A DNA stretch of 64,000 nucleotides from Eledone cirrhosa (GCA_964016885.1 OZ024763.1:29698001-29762000); one strand, 5' to 3'; positions 1 to 14,535 are shown, numbered from the stretch's first letter. Translations and numbers: made by a program. The notes: generated from the letters alone by a model not told the origin.

Positions 1-1713
1 AAATCACTGGAAGCTGGAGAAGTTAACATTAATTGTGGAATTTTTCAGGGTGACTCTTTATCACCGCTTTTATTCTGCATCGCACTTATACCATTAAGTA
101 AAATGCTCAATGAAACAAAACATGGATATAGAGTCTATGACAAAACCATTAATCACCTGTTCTACATGGATGACCTGAAACTATTCGCAAAAAATGATGA
201 ACAATTGCAAGGGCTATTATCCACTGTGAAGCAGTTCAGTGATGACATTAAAATGGAGTTTGGACTGGATAAATGCGCCAAAGCAACGTTCACCAGAGGA
301 AAGCTACTGAAGAGTTCAGACATTAATCTTGATCGGGGGAACGTGATAAGAGAGCTTGATCAAGAACAAACTTACAAATATCTAGGTGTTTGTGAAGGAG
401 ACGGAATCAAGCACTCGACAATGAGGGAAAGGATAAGGAAGGAATGTTACCGCAGAGTCAGAGCAATCTTAAGAACGGAATTGAATGCAAGGAATAGGAT
501 CGATGCCATAAACACGCTTGCCATACCAGTAGTAACCTACAGTTACAATGTCATCAACTGGTCAAGCACAGAGATCCGTAGGCTCGATACAAAAATCCGA
601 AAATTCTTAACCATGCACAGAATGCATCACCCTAAGGCAGACATAGATAGAATATATCTCCCTAGGAAAGAAGGAGGACGTGGGTTAATCCAGTTAGACA
701 TTGCGTTGAAAACTGCAACAATTGGATTATCCACATATCTAAGGGAATCACATGATTGGATGATCAAACTCGTTTTGAAACACGAAAGCACCAAAAGATC
801 ATATTCCATTACAAAAGATGCACAAAGATACAGTAATGGACTACAAATTTCAGAAGTCCCATTTACTGCTGAAATGGAAAACACAGAAAAAGCAAAGCAG
901 GTAAAAGTAACTGCAAAGAAAGAACTGCTACAGAAACTGGCTAAGAAATGGCAAGAAAAGCCTCTGTATGGAAAATACCCAGAGCGAGCTAACAATCCTG
1001 ATGTTGACAAAACTTTAACCCATCAGTGGTTGGCATCCTCTGGACTGAAATCGGAGACTGAAGGACTGATTATCTCCGCACAAGATCAGTGTCTGCCAAC
1101 AAAAAATTACCAAGCCAACATAATAAAAAATGGGTGCAGCCCATTATGCCGTGTATGCAAAAAACAACCAGAGACCATTGACCATATAATTTCAATGTGC
1201 AGTCCTATAGCTCCAACCGAATACCTAAACAGGCATGACAGAGCTGCACAATACATACATTGGATAATGTGTAAGCATTTTGACCTGCCCCATCAAAAGA
1301 ATTGGTGGGAGCATCAACCACTTCCCATACTTGAAAAAGATCACATCTCAATCTTGTGGAACTTTAGCATCCAAACAGACCGAAAAATAGATGCAAATAG
1401 ACCTGATATAATATTGAAGGACTTTCAAAGGAGGGTATGCCTGCTAATTGATATGTCTGTTCCAATAGACAAGAATGTATCTATAAAAACATTTGAAAAA
1501 TTGAGCAAGTATAAGGACCTGGAGATAGAAATTGGAAAAATGTGGAAATTGAGAACTAAAACAATACCAGTGGTTGTAGGCGCTCTGGGAATGATACCTA
1601 AGGGGTCTAACGACTACTTATCGCAAATCCCAGGAAACCCGCGTATAGGAGAAATACAAAAGATAGTACTAATGGGAACTGCCCATATACTAAGGAAGAT
1701 CCTGTCAATATAA
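1..1713 (+). CDS. C-terminal part of a non-LTR retrotransposon polyprotein (RT + CCHC zinc finger + REL endonuclease), R4/Dong-like; ORF starts before the window
   Basis: Frame is open from base 1 (GIFQGDSLSPLLF), then YMDD, FGLDKC, YKYLG, GGRGL, CRVC...HIISMC, RHD, RPDII..IDMSVP and KLSKYKDL, ending LMGTAHILRK; no stops. Confidence 0.93.
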   Translation, partial: KSLEAGEVNINCGIFQGDSLSPLLFCIALIPLSKMLNETKHGYRVYDKTINHLFYMDDLKLFAKNDEQLQGLLSTVKQFSDDIKMEFGLDKCAKATFTRGKLLKSSDINLDRGNVIRELDQEQTYKYLGVCEGDGIKHSTMRERIRKECYRRVRAILRTELNARNRIDAINTLAIPVVTYSYNVINWSSTEIRRLDTKIRKFLTMHRMHHPKADIDRIYLPRKEGGRGLIQLDIALKTATIGLSTYLRESHDWMIKLVLKHESTKRSYSITKDAQRYSNGLQISEVPFTAEMENTEKAKQVKVTAKKELLQKLAKKWQEKPLYGKYPERANNPDVDKTLTHQWLASSGLKSETEGLIISAQDQCLPTKNYQANIIKNGCSPLCRVCKKQPETIDHIISMCSPIAPTEYLNRHDRAAQYIHWIMCKHFDLPHQKNWWEHQPLPILEKDHISILWNFSIQTDRKIDANRPDIILKDFQRRVCLLIDMSVPIDKNVSIKTFEKLSKYKDLEIEIGKMWKLRTKTIPVVVGALGMIPKGSNDYLSQIPGNPRIGEIQKIVLMGTAHILRKILSI

Positions 1714-1853
1714 GTACATCACAAGTCTAAACACTAAGGATGCATGTGTGAATATGTGTGTTCTTTCTTGAACATGGCGGACCTTGTTGTCTCTTGAGGT
1801 CACTGGTTGTGACTTGGTGATAACTCGTATAAACATAAAGCAAGATAAATGCA

Positions 1854-1890
<37 letters not shown>
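1..1890 (+). mobile_element. R4/Dong-like LINE 3' end with ~140-nt 3' UTR running into (TAA)n
   Basis: Stop at 1713, UTR 1714-1852, (AAT)n 1853-1890. Dong elements are known to insert in TAA repeats. Confidence 0.85.
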
Positions 1891-2118
1891 GTGAAAGTGA
1901 AACAAATGTAGAGGGTTTTGTACGATACAGCTATGTATGTGTTTGTTTATTGTGAGTCTGTGTGTATGACTGTGTATCGTTGCGTGTTTATGTGTATGTT
2001 GATATGGTTGCGTCTCTATATATGTATGAGCCTTCGTGTATGTAACTACTGCGTATCTGTCTGTCTATCTATCTTTCTCATTCTCTCTCTCTCCCTCTCT
2101 CTCTCTCTCAATATATAT

Positions 2119-2164
<46 letters not shown>

Positions 2165-2238
2165 TCACACACACGTACAAACATACATATATATATATAT
2201 ATACAAACGCACACACACACATACACACACACATAGAC

Positions 2239-2272
<34 letters not shown>

Positions 2273-2950
2273 TGAGTGAGTGAGTGAGTGAGTGAGTGAG
2301 TGAGTGAGAGACATACAGAGAGACAGTCAGGATCTGAAAGAAATGATATATACATCCATGATATATATACATATATATAAACATCCATCAATATATACAT
2401 ACACAGTCATCTTTATATACACACACACAACCCTCTATACATACATACACAACCCTCTATACATATACACATCCAACCATCAATTTCTCCATACATAGTT
2501 ACATAAGTTACTTCATCAGGGGACAAATATATTCATATTAGAATCTAATAGATCCTATTACAAACTGCAACATAAATGTTCCCCTACAATATATCAGTCA
2601 TTAAAACCTTCTCTCGTTTAACTCTAATATAAAGGAGAACGCCATTATAATTCTCTTTATACAATCAATATAATTACTTAAATACAATATTTCACATACT
2701 TTTACATTCATTTAGAAAAAAAAAATGTCTATCTATTTTCAATTCTTTGCCATCTTACGAATCCTTTATTTTATTTTATCTTATTTTATTATATTTTATT
2801 TTGATGGTATTTTTATTTTTATTTTTGTTGTTTGTCTTATTATTATTTTTTTGTGGAGGAGAGAGGTAGAGAGGGCGTTGGGTGGGGGTGTCTCGCTTTT
2901 AAAAGAATGTTCCCGGAAGTTTTACTTACGTAACACATTCGCACACTCTT

Positions 2951-3016
<66 letters not shown>

Positions 3017-3038
3017 AACTTGCATGCATGCATATCAT

Positions 3039-3080
<42 letters not shown>

Positions 3081-3258
3081 AACATGCATGCACATCATTG
3101 TATGAATGTATATATATATATATATATATATGCATGTATGTATTCATATTTCCAATGAATTCCGGGCTACATGTAATTTAAGTTCTGTATATATAGATCC
3201 TTATTATGATTAAAAGCAGTTTCATCTATGCAGTTATACACATTTTTACTATAGACCA

Positions 3259-3498
3259 CATCATCGCCTTCTTTGCCCACATATTCCTGAGAGCGCCGTG
3301 GGGGCAGAGTGGTCAAACACTCCTTCCAGTGACTCCTGTCAGAAGCATCTCCGACTGATCTGGCTGGATCCCCAAGCTATACCAGCCTAGCTCATGGGTG
3401 TTATCCAACAATCGTACTCGGGGTCAACATTTGGGTCTACTGCCAGCTGGTTTTGCTTTAGAATCTGTCCAGAGATTCTTTCTTGTTACATTCTAACC
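3259..3498 (-). mobile_element. Degenerate RTE-like LINE 3' fragment
   Basis: Reverse complement aligns by eye with 17200-17437 (catgagct.ggctggt, ggatccagccagatcagt, ctggaaggagtgtttga, ctctcaggaata). Confidence 0.7.
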
Positions 3499-3621
3499 CT
3501 ATTCCCATAGTTGAGTGAAATATCGATTTAAAAAAGTGGCTAAATAAATACACATATATTTTTTCGTTCCTTACTCTTCTCGCTCTCTATCTTTCTATTT
3601 CATTTTTAATTTCTCATTCTA

Positions 3622-3657
3622 TCTTCTGATGAAGGACTGGTGTCCGAAATATTAAGA
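3622..3657 (+). ncRNA. Minimal type I hammerhead ribozyme motif (family I)
   Basis: TCTT-CTGATGA-A-GGAC tggt GTCC-GAAA-TA-TT-AAGA: stem I TCTT/AAGA, stem II GGAC/GTCC, palindromic loopless stem III AATATT. Homologous to 61803-61838, including the downstream flank. Confidence 0.75.
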
Positions 3658-3743
3658 CACTTTTCCAACTATATCAAGCGTTAAACTAATATATATCACC
3701 TTTGTAGTGTCGTTTGTTTTCTTATTTCTTTTTATCTTTAAGG

Positions 3744-3778
<35 letters not shown>

Positions 3779-3793
3779 ATATATATATATAAA

Positions 3794-3852
<59 letters not shown>

Positions 3853-3868
3853 AGAGATAGATATATAA

Positions 3869-3916
<48 letters not shown>

Positions 3917-3941
3917 GGAGAGATAGATATATAAATGTGTG

Positions 3942-3973
<32 letters not shown>

Positions 3974-4391
3974 TGGAGAGATAGATAGAGGGGATATGAC
4001 TTTCATAGAAGGGTAAGAGACTCAAAGCTTTTGGGAAATGTCACCGCACACACACGCACACAGACACATTCACCAACACACACACATATTGAGTCACGTA
4101 TAAACATGTACACACACACACGCATATACAAGCACGTACGCACATGCTCTCACAAGCGCTGACACTCACATACAGACGTACATACACACTCGTACCCACA
4201 TGCATACGAACGCCTACCCACATGTAACTACACGTCACCACAGACACACACATCCACCCACACCCGAATAATGACTCACAATGCCCCCCCCCCATCTATA
4301 AATGTCTTTATATTTGGTATGTCATTACATGGGTGGCACAATATTTCTTAATTATCTTTTCTGGTATGGAAGCGACAACATGAACAACGCG

Positions 4392-4468
<77 letters not shown>

Positions 4469-4473
4469 CTATG

Positions 4474-4511
<38 letters not shown>

Positions 4512-4512
4512 G

Positions 4513-4578
<66 letters not shown>

Positions 4579-4661
4579 CTATGTATGTATGTATATATAT
4601 ATATATATACAAACATACATACTGATATAAAATATACATAGAATATATAAGTTATTTACAT

Positions 4662-4733
<72 letters not shown>

Positions 4734-4791
4734 CATATATATATACATCCATATACACATTGTCTTTCAAGAGTTATAAAGGGTCTAAGGA

Positions 4792-4835
<44 letters not shown>

Positions 4836-4995
4836 CCCTAGATCCTTTATAAAACGTTGAAAGACAAGGTATATATGTATGCGTGTATATATATATATAT
4901 ATTTATAGTCTATATAAATAATATATATATTATATGTATATTTTATATAAATATGTTTGTTTGTATATATATATATATTATATAAACACACACGA

Positions 4996-5075
<80 letters not shown>

Positions 5076-5175
5076 CTATTTAAATTATTTAACAAATATA
5101 AAATATACTCTTAGAACTTACATATGAATATCTATAAAACTATTTTTAACACACACATACACAGACATCACTCAC

Positions 5176-5291
<116 letters not shown>

Positions 5292-5461
5292 CAAAGAAAC
5301 ACATACACACACACAAGTATATAACTAACACATAAACCCTCATCTACATGAGTGCTCCCACTGAAGTGACTACATTAATGATTGGGAATTTGAAGACTAT
5401 TAAAATTAATGAGTGTTCAGTAAAAGAATAGATGATAGTGTAATTATGATTATAAAGACTC

Positions 5462-5511
<50 letters not shown>

Positions 5512-5658
5512 ATATATATATATACACGTATATATATATGTGTGTGTGTATGTGCGTGTGTCTATGTGTGTGTGTAAGAAATTACGAATATCCATTCTAG
5601 TGAAAAACTAATGAAGGGGAAGGATGTGTGTCGGTTGTCCTTAAATATATATATACAC

Positions 5659-5747
<89 letters not shown>

Positions 5748-5812
5748 GGTTGCTCGATACATACTTGTAAAATACCCAAACTACAATAAATGTTACTTCA
5801 AAAAGGAGAGCG

Positions 5813-5872
<60 letters not shown>

Positions 5873-5877
5873 CATAC

Positions 5878-5922
<45 letters not shown>

Positions 5923-5957
5923 TATACATATATATATATATATGATTTTTATATATA

Positions 5958-6006
5958 TGATGATATCTTTCGAATGAAACAGTTCTAATCATGTAGAACC
6001 CATTTA
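5958..6006 (+). ncRNA. Degenerate hammerhead fragment (family G)
   Basis: TGATGAtatctttcgaatGAAAcagttctaatcatgTAgaacc, similar to 38369-38419 and 61010-61056. Confidence 0.5.
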
Positions 6007-6174
6007 TATATATATCTGTGGCGAAATTTAAAGCTACAACATACCCACTCAGGCTAAGAACGAAAGACTTGCTGAAGAAGGAAATCCTATGTTCTGTCGT
6101 CAAAAACCATTATATTGCAGACTCCTGCAATCGGAATTTGTCGATCTTGGATTTGCAGACACTTAGCGCTGATG

Positions 6175-6345
6175 TTATAAATGTAAGCTATCGCCGTATT
6201 TTGACTAAACAAATTAAAGAAATTATTTAGCCTGATAGTGGGGTTAAGAACCCTCGGAGAAATGGAAAAAGATGAGTATTGATGTACATGTAAATAATTT
6301 ATTTAATTTCTTTCGTCAAAATACGGCGATAGCTTACATTTATAA
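6175..6345. repeat. Inverted repeat with ~55-bp arms (MITE-like or fold-back element)
   Basis: ttataaatgtaagctatcgccgtattttgac... (6175-6229) is complementary to 6291-6345. Confidence 0.8.
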
Positions 6346-6351
6346 TAATAA

Positions 6352-6533
6352 TAATTGTTTCTACTTTAGGCACAAGGCCAGCAATTACCCAGTGCATTAC
6401 TGGTACTTTATTTTATCGACCCCGTAAGGATGAAAGGCAAAGTTAACCTCGGCGGGATTTGAACTCAGAATGGCAAGGCCGTAACTCTATGCGTCAAAGC
6501 ATGGCGTCCGAGCCTCTACCGAAACTGCCAATT
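6352..6533 (-). mobile_element. tRNA-derived SINE, family B
   Basis: Reverse complement of the repeated element containing gagttcaaatcccgcc (B box), gcctttcatccttacggggtcgataaaataaagtaccag and gctggccttgtgcctaaagtagaaac. Confidence 0.85.
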
Positions 6534-6535
6534 CA

Positions 6536-6634
6536 AAATAAAGTGTCTTGTTCAAGGACATAACGCATCGCCCGGTCCAGGAATCGAACTTACAACCTCA
6601 CGATTGTGAATCCAATTCTCTTACCACTCAGCCA
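6536..6634 (-). mobile_element. tRNA-derived SINE, family C (head and central domain only)
   Basis: Reverse complement has A box TGGCTGAGTGG, B box GTTCGATTCC and tgtccttgaacaagacac; homologous to 62303-62520. Confidence 0.8.
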
Positions 6635-6816
6635 TTATGTTGGCTATTAACAATAGGTAATTTCCTGAAGCTGTTACTGTTCGCCAATCCTGTTGTAGTC
6701 AAGATAATCACGGAGTGTGCAAAATTTCAGCTCAATCAGACAACAGTTAGGCGACCCTCAAACGCCTTGAAGTTGGAACATAGTATACGCAACGATTAAT
6801 TCTGTTCAAAATCGGT

Positions 6817-6817
<1 letters not shown>

Positions 6818-6871
<54 letters not shown>

Positions 6872-6953
6872 GGCGGACTCAATAATTGATCTCCACGTGG
6901 GTCTGTTGTTCATTGCCGTTGCTAAGTCGGGGTAGGACAGCTTGTGCCCACCG
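6818..6953 (-). mobile_element. RTE-like LINE extreme 3' end with (GAT)n tail
   Basis: Minus strand reads DLATAMNNRPTWRSII (M..R..W motif), followed by (GAT)n. Confidence 0.5.
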
Positions 6954-7111
6954 TTATTAGTGACTGCTTATGCTTTCTAAAGCACTAATGGGGACACAGC
7001 CTCGTGTATATACACTGTTCCCTATCTCGACCATTTTCATTTTTCTTCTTAGAGAAATTTATGTGGATACATCCAGGCAACCCCAACAAATGTATATATA
7101 TATATATATAC

Positions 7112-7168
<57 letters not shown>

Positions 7169-7194
7169 CCACATATTGATATATGTATATATAT

Positions 7195-7230
<36 letters not shown>

Positions 7231-8341
7231 CCACTTATTGATATATGTATATATATATACACACACATATATATATATATTTACATTCATGCATATGTAA
7301 TTGTATAATTATACTTAGACATATACACACATACATACATACACATACATACCTACACACACACACGCACACACACACAGACACGCACACACACATACAT
7401 ACATATATACACACACACACACATATATGTAAATATGAAACAAATGAAAACTACGCAAGACACTTTATTATAATTACATCATTTGATTACATTAAACTTC
7501 CTGACCTCCGTTTTCTATCGTTTCCCAGTTTAAGTAATTCAACGAACAGCCATCGTAATTAAAGGTATGTTCACGTAAGACAGCTGTCTTTTTACACCTT
7601 TATAACGACCTGCTACCTTAACACATTACATCCTCTTTCTCTCTCTAAAGTGAAACGTAAATATCGCAATTAGCTTCTCAATTGAAAAGAAGTCGTCTTC
7701 GTTATTCGTTATAGCATCGCTGTATATTCATTACGTAAATTGTGAATGTATTAATGTATGCATGTGTATTAGTGTATAGATGTGCGTGCATGTGTGTGTG
7801 TGTGTGTGTGCGTTGTCGTGTTGTTGTGTGTGTTTGTGTGTTGGTGTGTGTGTTGGTGTGTGTTGTGTGTGAGGTTCTCTGTGATAGTTTTTAGTGTATG
7901 GGTGTGTATTAGTGTATAGATGTGCGTGTGCGTGTGCCTGTGTGTGTTGGTGTGTGTGTATATGTTGTCGTGTTGGTTTGTGTGTTTGGGTGTTGGTGTG
8001 TGTGTGTGTTGTTCTGTTGATGTGTGTGTTTGTGTGTTGGTGTGTGTGTGTGTGTTTGTGTATGTTGTGTGTTTGTGTTTCTGTGATAGTTTTTAGTGTA
8101 TGTGCAAGTGCGTGTGTTGTTGTGTATGGTAGCGGTGTTGTGCATGTGTGTGTGTGTGTGTGTGTGCTTGTGAGTGTGTGTTACATTTTACTGTGTGTGT
8201 GTATGTGTGTCTATTTGTGTTTGTCTGAGGTTGTGTGTGGTTGTCTGTGATAGTTTTTAGTGTATATGTAAGTGCGTGTATGTGTCTGTGTGAGTATGTA
8301 TGTGTAAGTATGTGTATACGTGCTTGTGAGTTTATTTGTTA

Positions 8342-8437
<96 letters not shown>

Positions 8438-8571
8438 GAGTGTGTTTGTGTGTGTTTAACTACACGCACCTGCGTATGTGTGAGAATGTATTTACAAGTA
8501 TTATGGTGTACAAGATGGTATGTGTTAATTTAGTTTGGTATGTACCTGCATATGCACTGACATGCATGTGA

Positions 8572-8715
<144 letters not shown>

Positions 8716-8994
8716 ATATATATGTACGTGTATGGGCATAGTTAGGCACACATCGAGAGAGGAGAGAGGAAGAGAGGGCGTTAGACAGATACAAACGGAT
8801 CTATATCTGTCTAGTTATTAAATTCTATGGCCGTGTTACACGTATCACCCAAATATCATCATCATCAGCATCACAATCCTTCTCCTCCTTCTCGTCATCA
8901 CCAACACCACCAACAAAACAAACAAAAAGCAACTAAAACAGCCAAAACAACGTGGCCAATAATGAAATTATTATCATCATTATTATATTTATTA

Positions 8995-9034
<40 letters not shown>

Positions 9035-9799
9035 GTTGTTTTTGGTGTTATTGTTGTTGATGTTATTATTCAATTCTATTTCCCTATTATTAGTATCAAC
9101 CGAAGTCATCATCATCATCATCGTCATCATGTTCATTATCATTATTATTAGCAGCAGTTGTAGTTGATGTAGTAGTAGAAGTAATAGAGCAGCAGCATTA
9201 GTAGTAGTATTTCTAGTAGTAGTAGTAGTAGTAGTAGCAGTAGTAGTAGTAGTAGTAGTAGTAGTTTGGTAGTAGCAGTATTGGTATTCGTATTACTATT
9301 TCTTTATATATATATATACATATATATACATATATATATATAAATTATCTCTTTTCAAAATTCCCTTCTATTCTAACAAAGTTTTGTCTCAATTTTCTCA
9401 CTTCATTTGTCTTTTTTTTTTTAAATCTTTTTAGATCTAACGTTATTTGTTTTATATCTTTTCCAGCTCTCCATTGCATTCACTTTCATTCAGCATCGGT
9501 CTTCTATCTTAGTTATTTATATATTCTTTATATATATATGTATTCTTAGTAAATTTTTCCCTTTTTTTTTGGTATTTTTTTACGTTAAATTATATTCCAT
9601 ATAATGGTCTTCTCTGACCTTGTCTCACTAAATTATGTATTCTCTGCGAAGACAAAAACTTCTATTGTATATCTCAATTTGATCTGACTGCTTCAATAAA
9701 TGTTCTGTTTGTCTTGTCTTGTCAATGCATGTGATTATATATAAACAAAGCTCGCCTCATTTTTGTCGCTACGCGCGCGCGCGTATGTATGTGTCTGTC

Positions 9800-9830
<31 letters not shown>

Positions 9831-10050
9831 ATGTATATATATATATGCGTGTATATATGTGTATATATGTGTGTGTATATGTGTGTTAATATGTGTGTAT
9901 ATGTGAAGGTGTAAGGTTCTATATTTGTTGTGTAAGATTCTTTACATAAGATTCTAAATATATAATTCTATATATGCGCATGATTGCATGATAGTGATTG
10001 TGCATGTATGTATATGCATATATATATATGTGTGTGTATGTATGTGTGTG

Positions 10051-10115
<65 letters not shown>

Positions 10116-10145
10116 TATCATATATATAAATGCACATATATCTAA

Positions 10146-10189
<44 letters not shown>

Positions 10190-10247
10190 GTATATTTCTA
10201 TATATATATATGGATGTGCGTAGATACATACATGCATATATATATAC

Positions 10248-10309
<62 letters not shown>

Positions 10310-10657
10310 TTACACACATATATATATATATATATGTGTGTATATATATATACATACACACATTATATATATACATATATATATAAATATATAAATATAT
10401 TTATGCGTGTATGTATCCATATATGTGTGTCGGAATATACCAGGGTGTGTGTGTGGTGTGTGTGTGTGTGTGTGTGTTTGTGTGTGTTTTGTGTCATACT
10501 CCTTTAAATATTAGCTGAACATACTTCGCGCCTAAGTGTGATTCTGTGTCTTACATGGGTCACTACTCTCTCCCTCTCTCCCTCTCTCCCTCATCACCTC
10601 TCCACCTCTCCACCTATCTCTCTCTCCCCCTCTCTCACCCCCCCCTCTCTCTCTCTA

Positions 10658-10744
<87 letters not shown>

Positions 10745-10902
10745 CATAGACACAAACGTATATATAAATGTGTGTGAGGGCACATGAATGTCTTGTGTGT
10801 ATGCATGTAATTATATAAACTTCCAAACGTACATATATACATATATACATAAATACATATATATATAGGGCGAAATTTTCCTTTTTACACACGTATATAT
10901 AC

Positions 10903-10983
<81 letters not shown>

Positions 10984-11437
10984 TATACATATGTACATGA
11001 ATACGTATATACATATATATACATGCATGCATACATGCATAAATACATACACACATATATATATACATTCACAAATACATGCATATATATATACATACAT
11101 AAATGCATACACAGATATATGCACAAGCGCATGAATGCATATACACATACACACATACATACACACACATACTTACACACCTACATACATAAATACATAC
11201 ATTCATACACACATACATTCTCACACGTATAAATACATACACACATGCATACACACATACATACACACGTACATATATACATACACACGTACATATAAAC
11301 ATACACACTTACATACGCACATACATACATATATACACACATATATATATACACATATACTCACACACATACAGGCATACATAAATAGGCATGTTTTAAC
11401 GTACATACATACACACATGCATACATACATACATACA

Positions 11438-11473
<36 letters not shown>

Positions 11474-11962
11474 TGCTCTAGCATAAATACATACACACAC
11501 ATATATTTACTCACATACATACATGAATAAATATAAACATGCATACATATACAAACATACATACATACATAAATACATATATATACACACACATAAAAAT
11601 ACATACACACATACATACACGCACACACATATAAATAAATACACACATATATACCCTCATACATACATAAATATATACACATATACCCACATACATACAT
11701 AAATATATACACACATGTATAAATACATACATACATAAATACATACATATATATATACACACACACGTATAAATACATACATACATATATATATATACAC
11801 ACACGTATAAATACATACATACATAAATACATATATATATATATATACACACACACCTATAAATACATACATACATATATACATACATATATATATATAT
11901 ATATACAAAAACGTATAAATACATACATATATATATACACACACGTATAAATACATACATAA

Positions 11963-11993
<31 letters not shown>

Positions 11994-12317
11994 CACACGT
12001 ATAAATACATACATACATAAATACATACATATATATACACACACACACACACGTATAAATACATACATACATATATATACAAAAACGTATAAATACATAC
12101 ACATATATATATACACACACGTATAAATACATACATACATATATACACAAACGTATAAATACATATGTCTAAAGATGGCGGCCGAAGACGAGGCTTCATT
12201 ATCGATGTATTCAAAATGGTGAATAATTGAGATTCTTGCGAGTTGACGTGGTAAACAGACACGGTGCAATCAATGTGGCTTTCTTTCCGTTTATTGATCT
12301 ATACATATAGCATATAT

Positions 12318-12354
<37 letters not shown>

Positions 12355-12391
12355 TATGTCACACTGTGTCATATATACAGATATATATGTC

Positions 12392-12458
<67 letters not shown>

Positions 12459-12570
12459 TATATACATACTGTGTCATATATACACACATATATATATATA
12501 TAAATGTATATATATAACATATGTACACACTGTGTCATATATACATATATATATATCTAACAAACACACT

Positions 12571-12649
<79 letters not shown>

Positions 12650-12701
12650 ACATATATATATACAGTGTGTCATATATACACACTGTGTCATACACACACA
12701 G

Positions 12702-12733
<32 letters not shown>

Positions 12734-12970
12734 TCATGCATATATACAGTGTGTATATATGCATGAATATATATATATATGTGTGTGTGTGTGCATGTAT
12801 GACACAGTGTGTATATATGACACCGAGTGTGTATATATATATATATATATAACATATATATATACATATATACACACACGTATATGCATACATATATATG
12901 TACTTTAGTGACTTTGTGTGAATGTGTATATATATGTATTTATGTATACACACCCTTCCACACACAAACA

Positions 12971-13005
<35 letters not shown>

Positions 13006-13331
13006 GCACACACATATATATATATATATATATTCATCGTGTCACTCTACACATATGTCTATATATACCTGTCTATCTATTTTATCTATTGCGTAATCTC
13101 TTATACTCCCTATCATTTTGCCACCCTTATCTCTCGCCTTCTCCCCCTCCCCCCATATGCGCCCACGCCCTCTATGTCGATGTCTCTGTGTGTGCGTGTA
13201 TATATGTGTTTGCATGTGAATGTATACATGTATGTGGATTATATACATTCTACATGTGCATAGTGTGCTTGATTTGGTATCAACACCAGAATTTTTCCGT
13301 ATACCTACACTATATATATATATATATATAT

Positions 13332-13452
13332 TTAGGAACGAGTAGGACCCCGACGGCTGAGCTCAAGCCGTCGGGGCCCTACTCGTTCCTATTACCCACT
13401 CTACTACCCTAAGTATTGAGTACTTTGGTGCGTTATGGTCCACCTGGTTCCT
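13332..13452 (+). mobile_element. Fold-back non-coding element, family A (hammerhead stem III/GUC part plus tail), in (TA)n
   Basis: Hairpin taggaacgagtaggaccccgacggct-GAGCTC-aagccgtcggggccctactcgttccta, then a ~60-nt tail shared with the other copies. Confidence 0.85.
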
Positions 13453-13469
13453 TACCACATTTCCATCGT

Positions 13470-13503
<34 letters not shown>

Positions 13504-13510
13504 AAGAAAA

Positions 13511-13890
13511 ATCAGTGATGCATCTGGACTTAGTTTATTTCGTGTTACAAATGTTTCGCCGGCATGTAGCTCGAGTCATGGTCCTTGTATGGATCTGGCT
13601 GATTCTAGTTCTGCAAGTTCTTTCAGACACGTCTGTTATGTCCGGAGCAAATGTTATCACTCCGGACATAACAGACGTGTCTGAAAGAACCCGCAGAAGT
13701 AGAATCAGCCAGATCCATACAAGGACCATGACTCGAGTTACATGCCGGCGAAACATTTGTAACACAAAATAAACAAAGTCCAGATGTATCACTGATATTT
13801 CGTTTTTTTGATAATTCCTACACTCTACTTTGGTGAATATCGATTGCTAATTTTGGCATACCGCCTACGGAAGCACCATAGATACCACTA
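13511..13890 (+). mobile_element. Fold-back element: 137-bp-arm palindrome (13511-13796) plus ~95-nt tail, hammerhead-like motif in each arm
   Basis: Arms 13511-13647 and 13660-13796, 12-nt loop, several mismatches. Motif CGTGT-CTGAAAGA...GAAA-CATTTG-TA-ACAC. Confidence 0.8.
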
Positions 13891-13910
13891 TACATAAATA
13901 TATGTATATA

Positions 13911-14008
<98 letters not shown>

Positions 14009-14011
14009 CAG

Positions 14012-14094
14012 TTTATCCCGTGTTCAACCGGGGTTAACTACAGAATGTAAGGATGATTTCTCCCCGAAACAGTTCTAGTCCTGTTGAAGCCATT

Positions 14095-14100
<6 letters not shown>
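14012..14100. mobile_element. Family G fold-back remnant (tail on minus strand joined to an inverted hammerhead 3' part)
   Basis: 14012-14052 resembles 38288-38328; 14052-14100 reads gatgatttctccccGAAAcagttctagtcctgTTgaagcc. Confidence 0.6.
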
Positions 14101-14152
<52 letters not shown>

Positions 14153-14285
14153 AATGTAATCTGAGTTTTTCGAATGTTAATAATAATATTCGATTCATTT
14201 GCAATAATGCAAACAGGCCTCATTTTTAAAACCATGTCAGTAGAATGAGCCCCTCATTTTTGCTCGTATGTTGACATGTAAACAG

Positions 14286-14333
14286 AACTGCAGACACTAA
14301 TGTTTCTGGATATTACCCTTCATCAGTAGAGTT
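14286..14333 (-). ncRNA. Type I hammerhead ribozyme motif
   Basis: Minus strand: aactcta-CTGATGA-aGGGtaataTCCa-GAAA-CAttagTG-TC-tgcagtt. GUC triplet; stem I has one mismatch. Confidence 0.65.
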
Positions 14334-14399
14334 TACTATTCAGGTTCGATTCAGATTGAAACTGGTTAGACCATTACTCACCAGAGAACTCGATATTTG

Positions 14400-14505
14400 G
14401 GGTAGTAGAGAATGTGTTTATATTCTAAAAAGGCACGACCCCCACGGCTGAGCTCTTCCCTTTACAACCAAATTGACGTTGAAACGGCAGGAGCTCAGCC
14501 GTTTA
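14400..14505 (-). mobile_element. Degenerate family A fold-back element
   Basis: gggtagtagag...cacggctgagctc...gaaacggcaggagctcagccgt. Confidence 0.65.
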
Positions 14506-14535
14506 TTAAATATATATATATATATATATAATACT

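Noticed and set aside
2484-2680. Minus-strand CTGATGA with an upstream RE..W...GFND-like GIY-YIG tail
   Set aside because: Ribozyme geometry is broken and the peptide similarity contains stops; too weak to call.
13515-13792. Two mirrored 85-aa ORFs
   Set aside because: A by-product of the palindrome.
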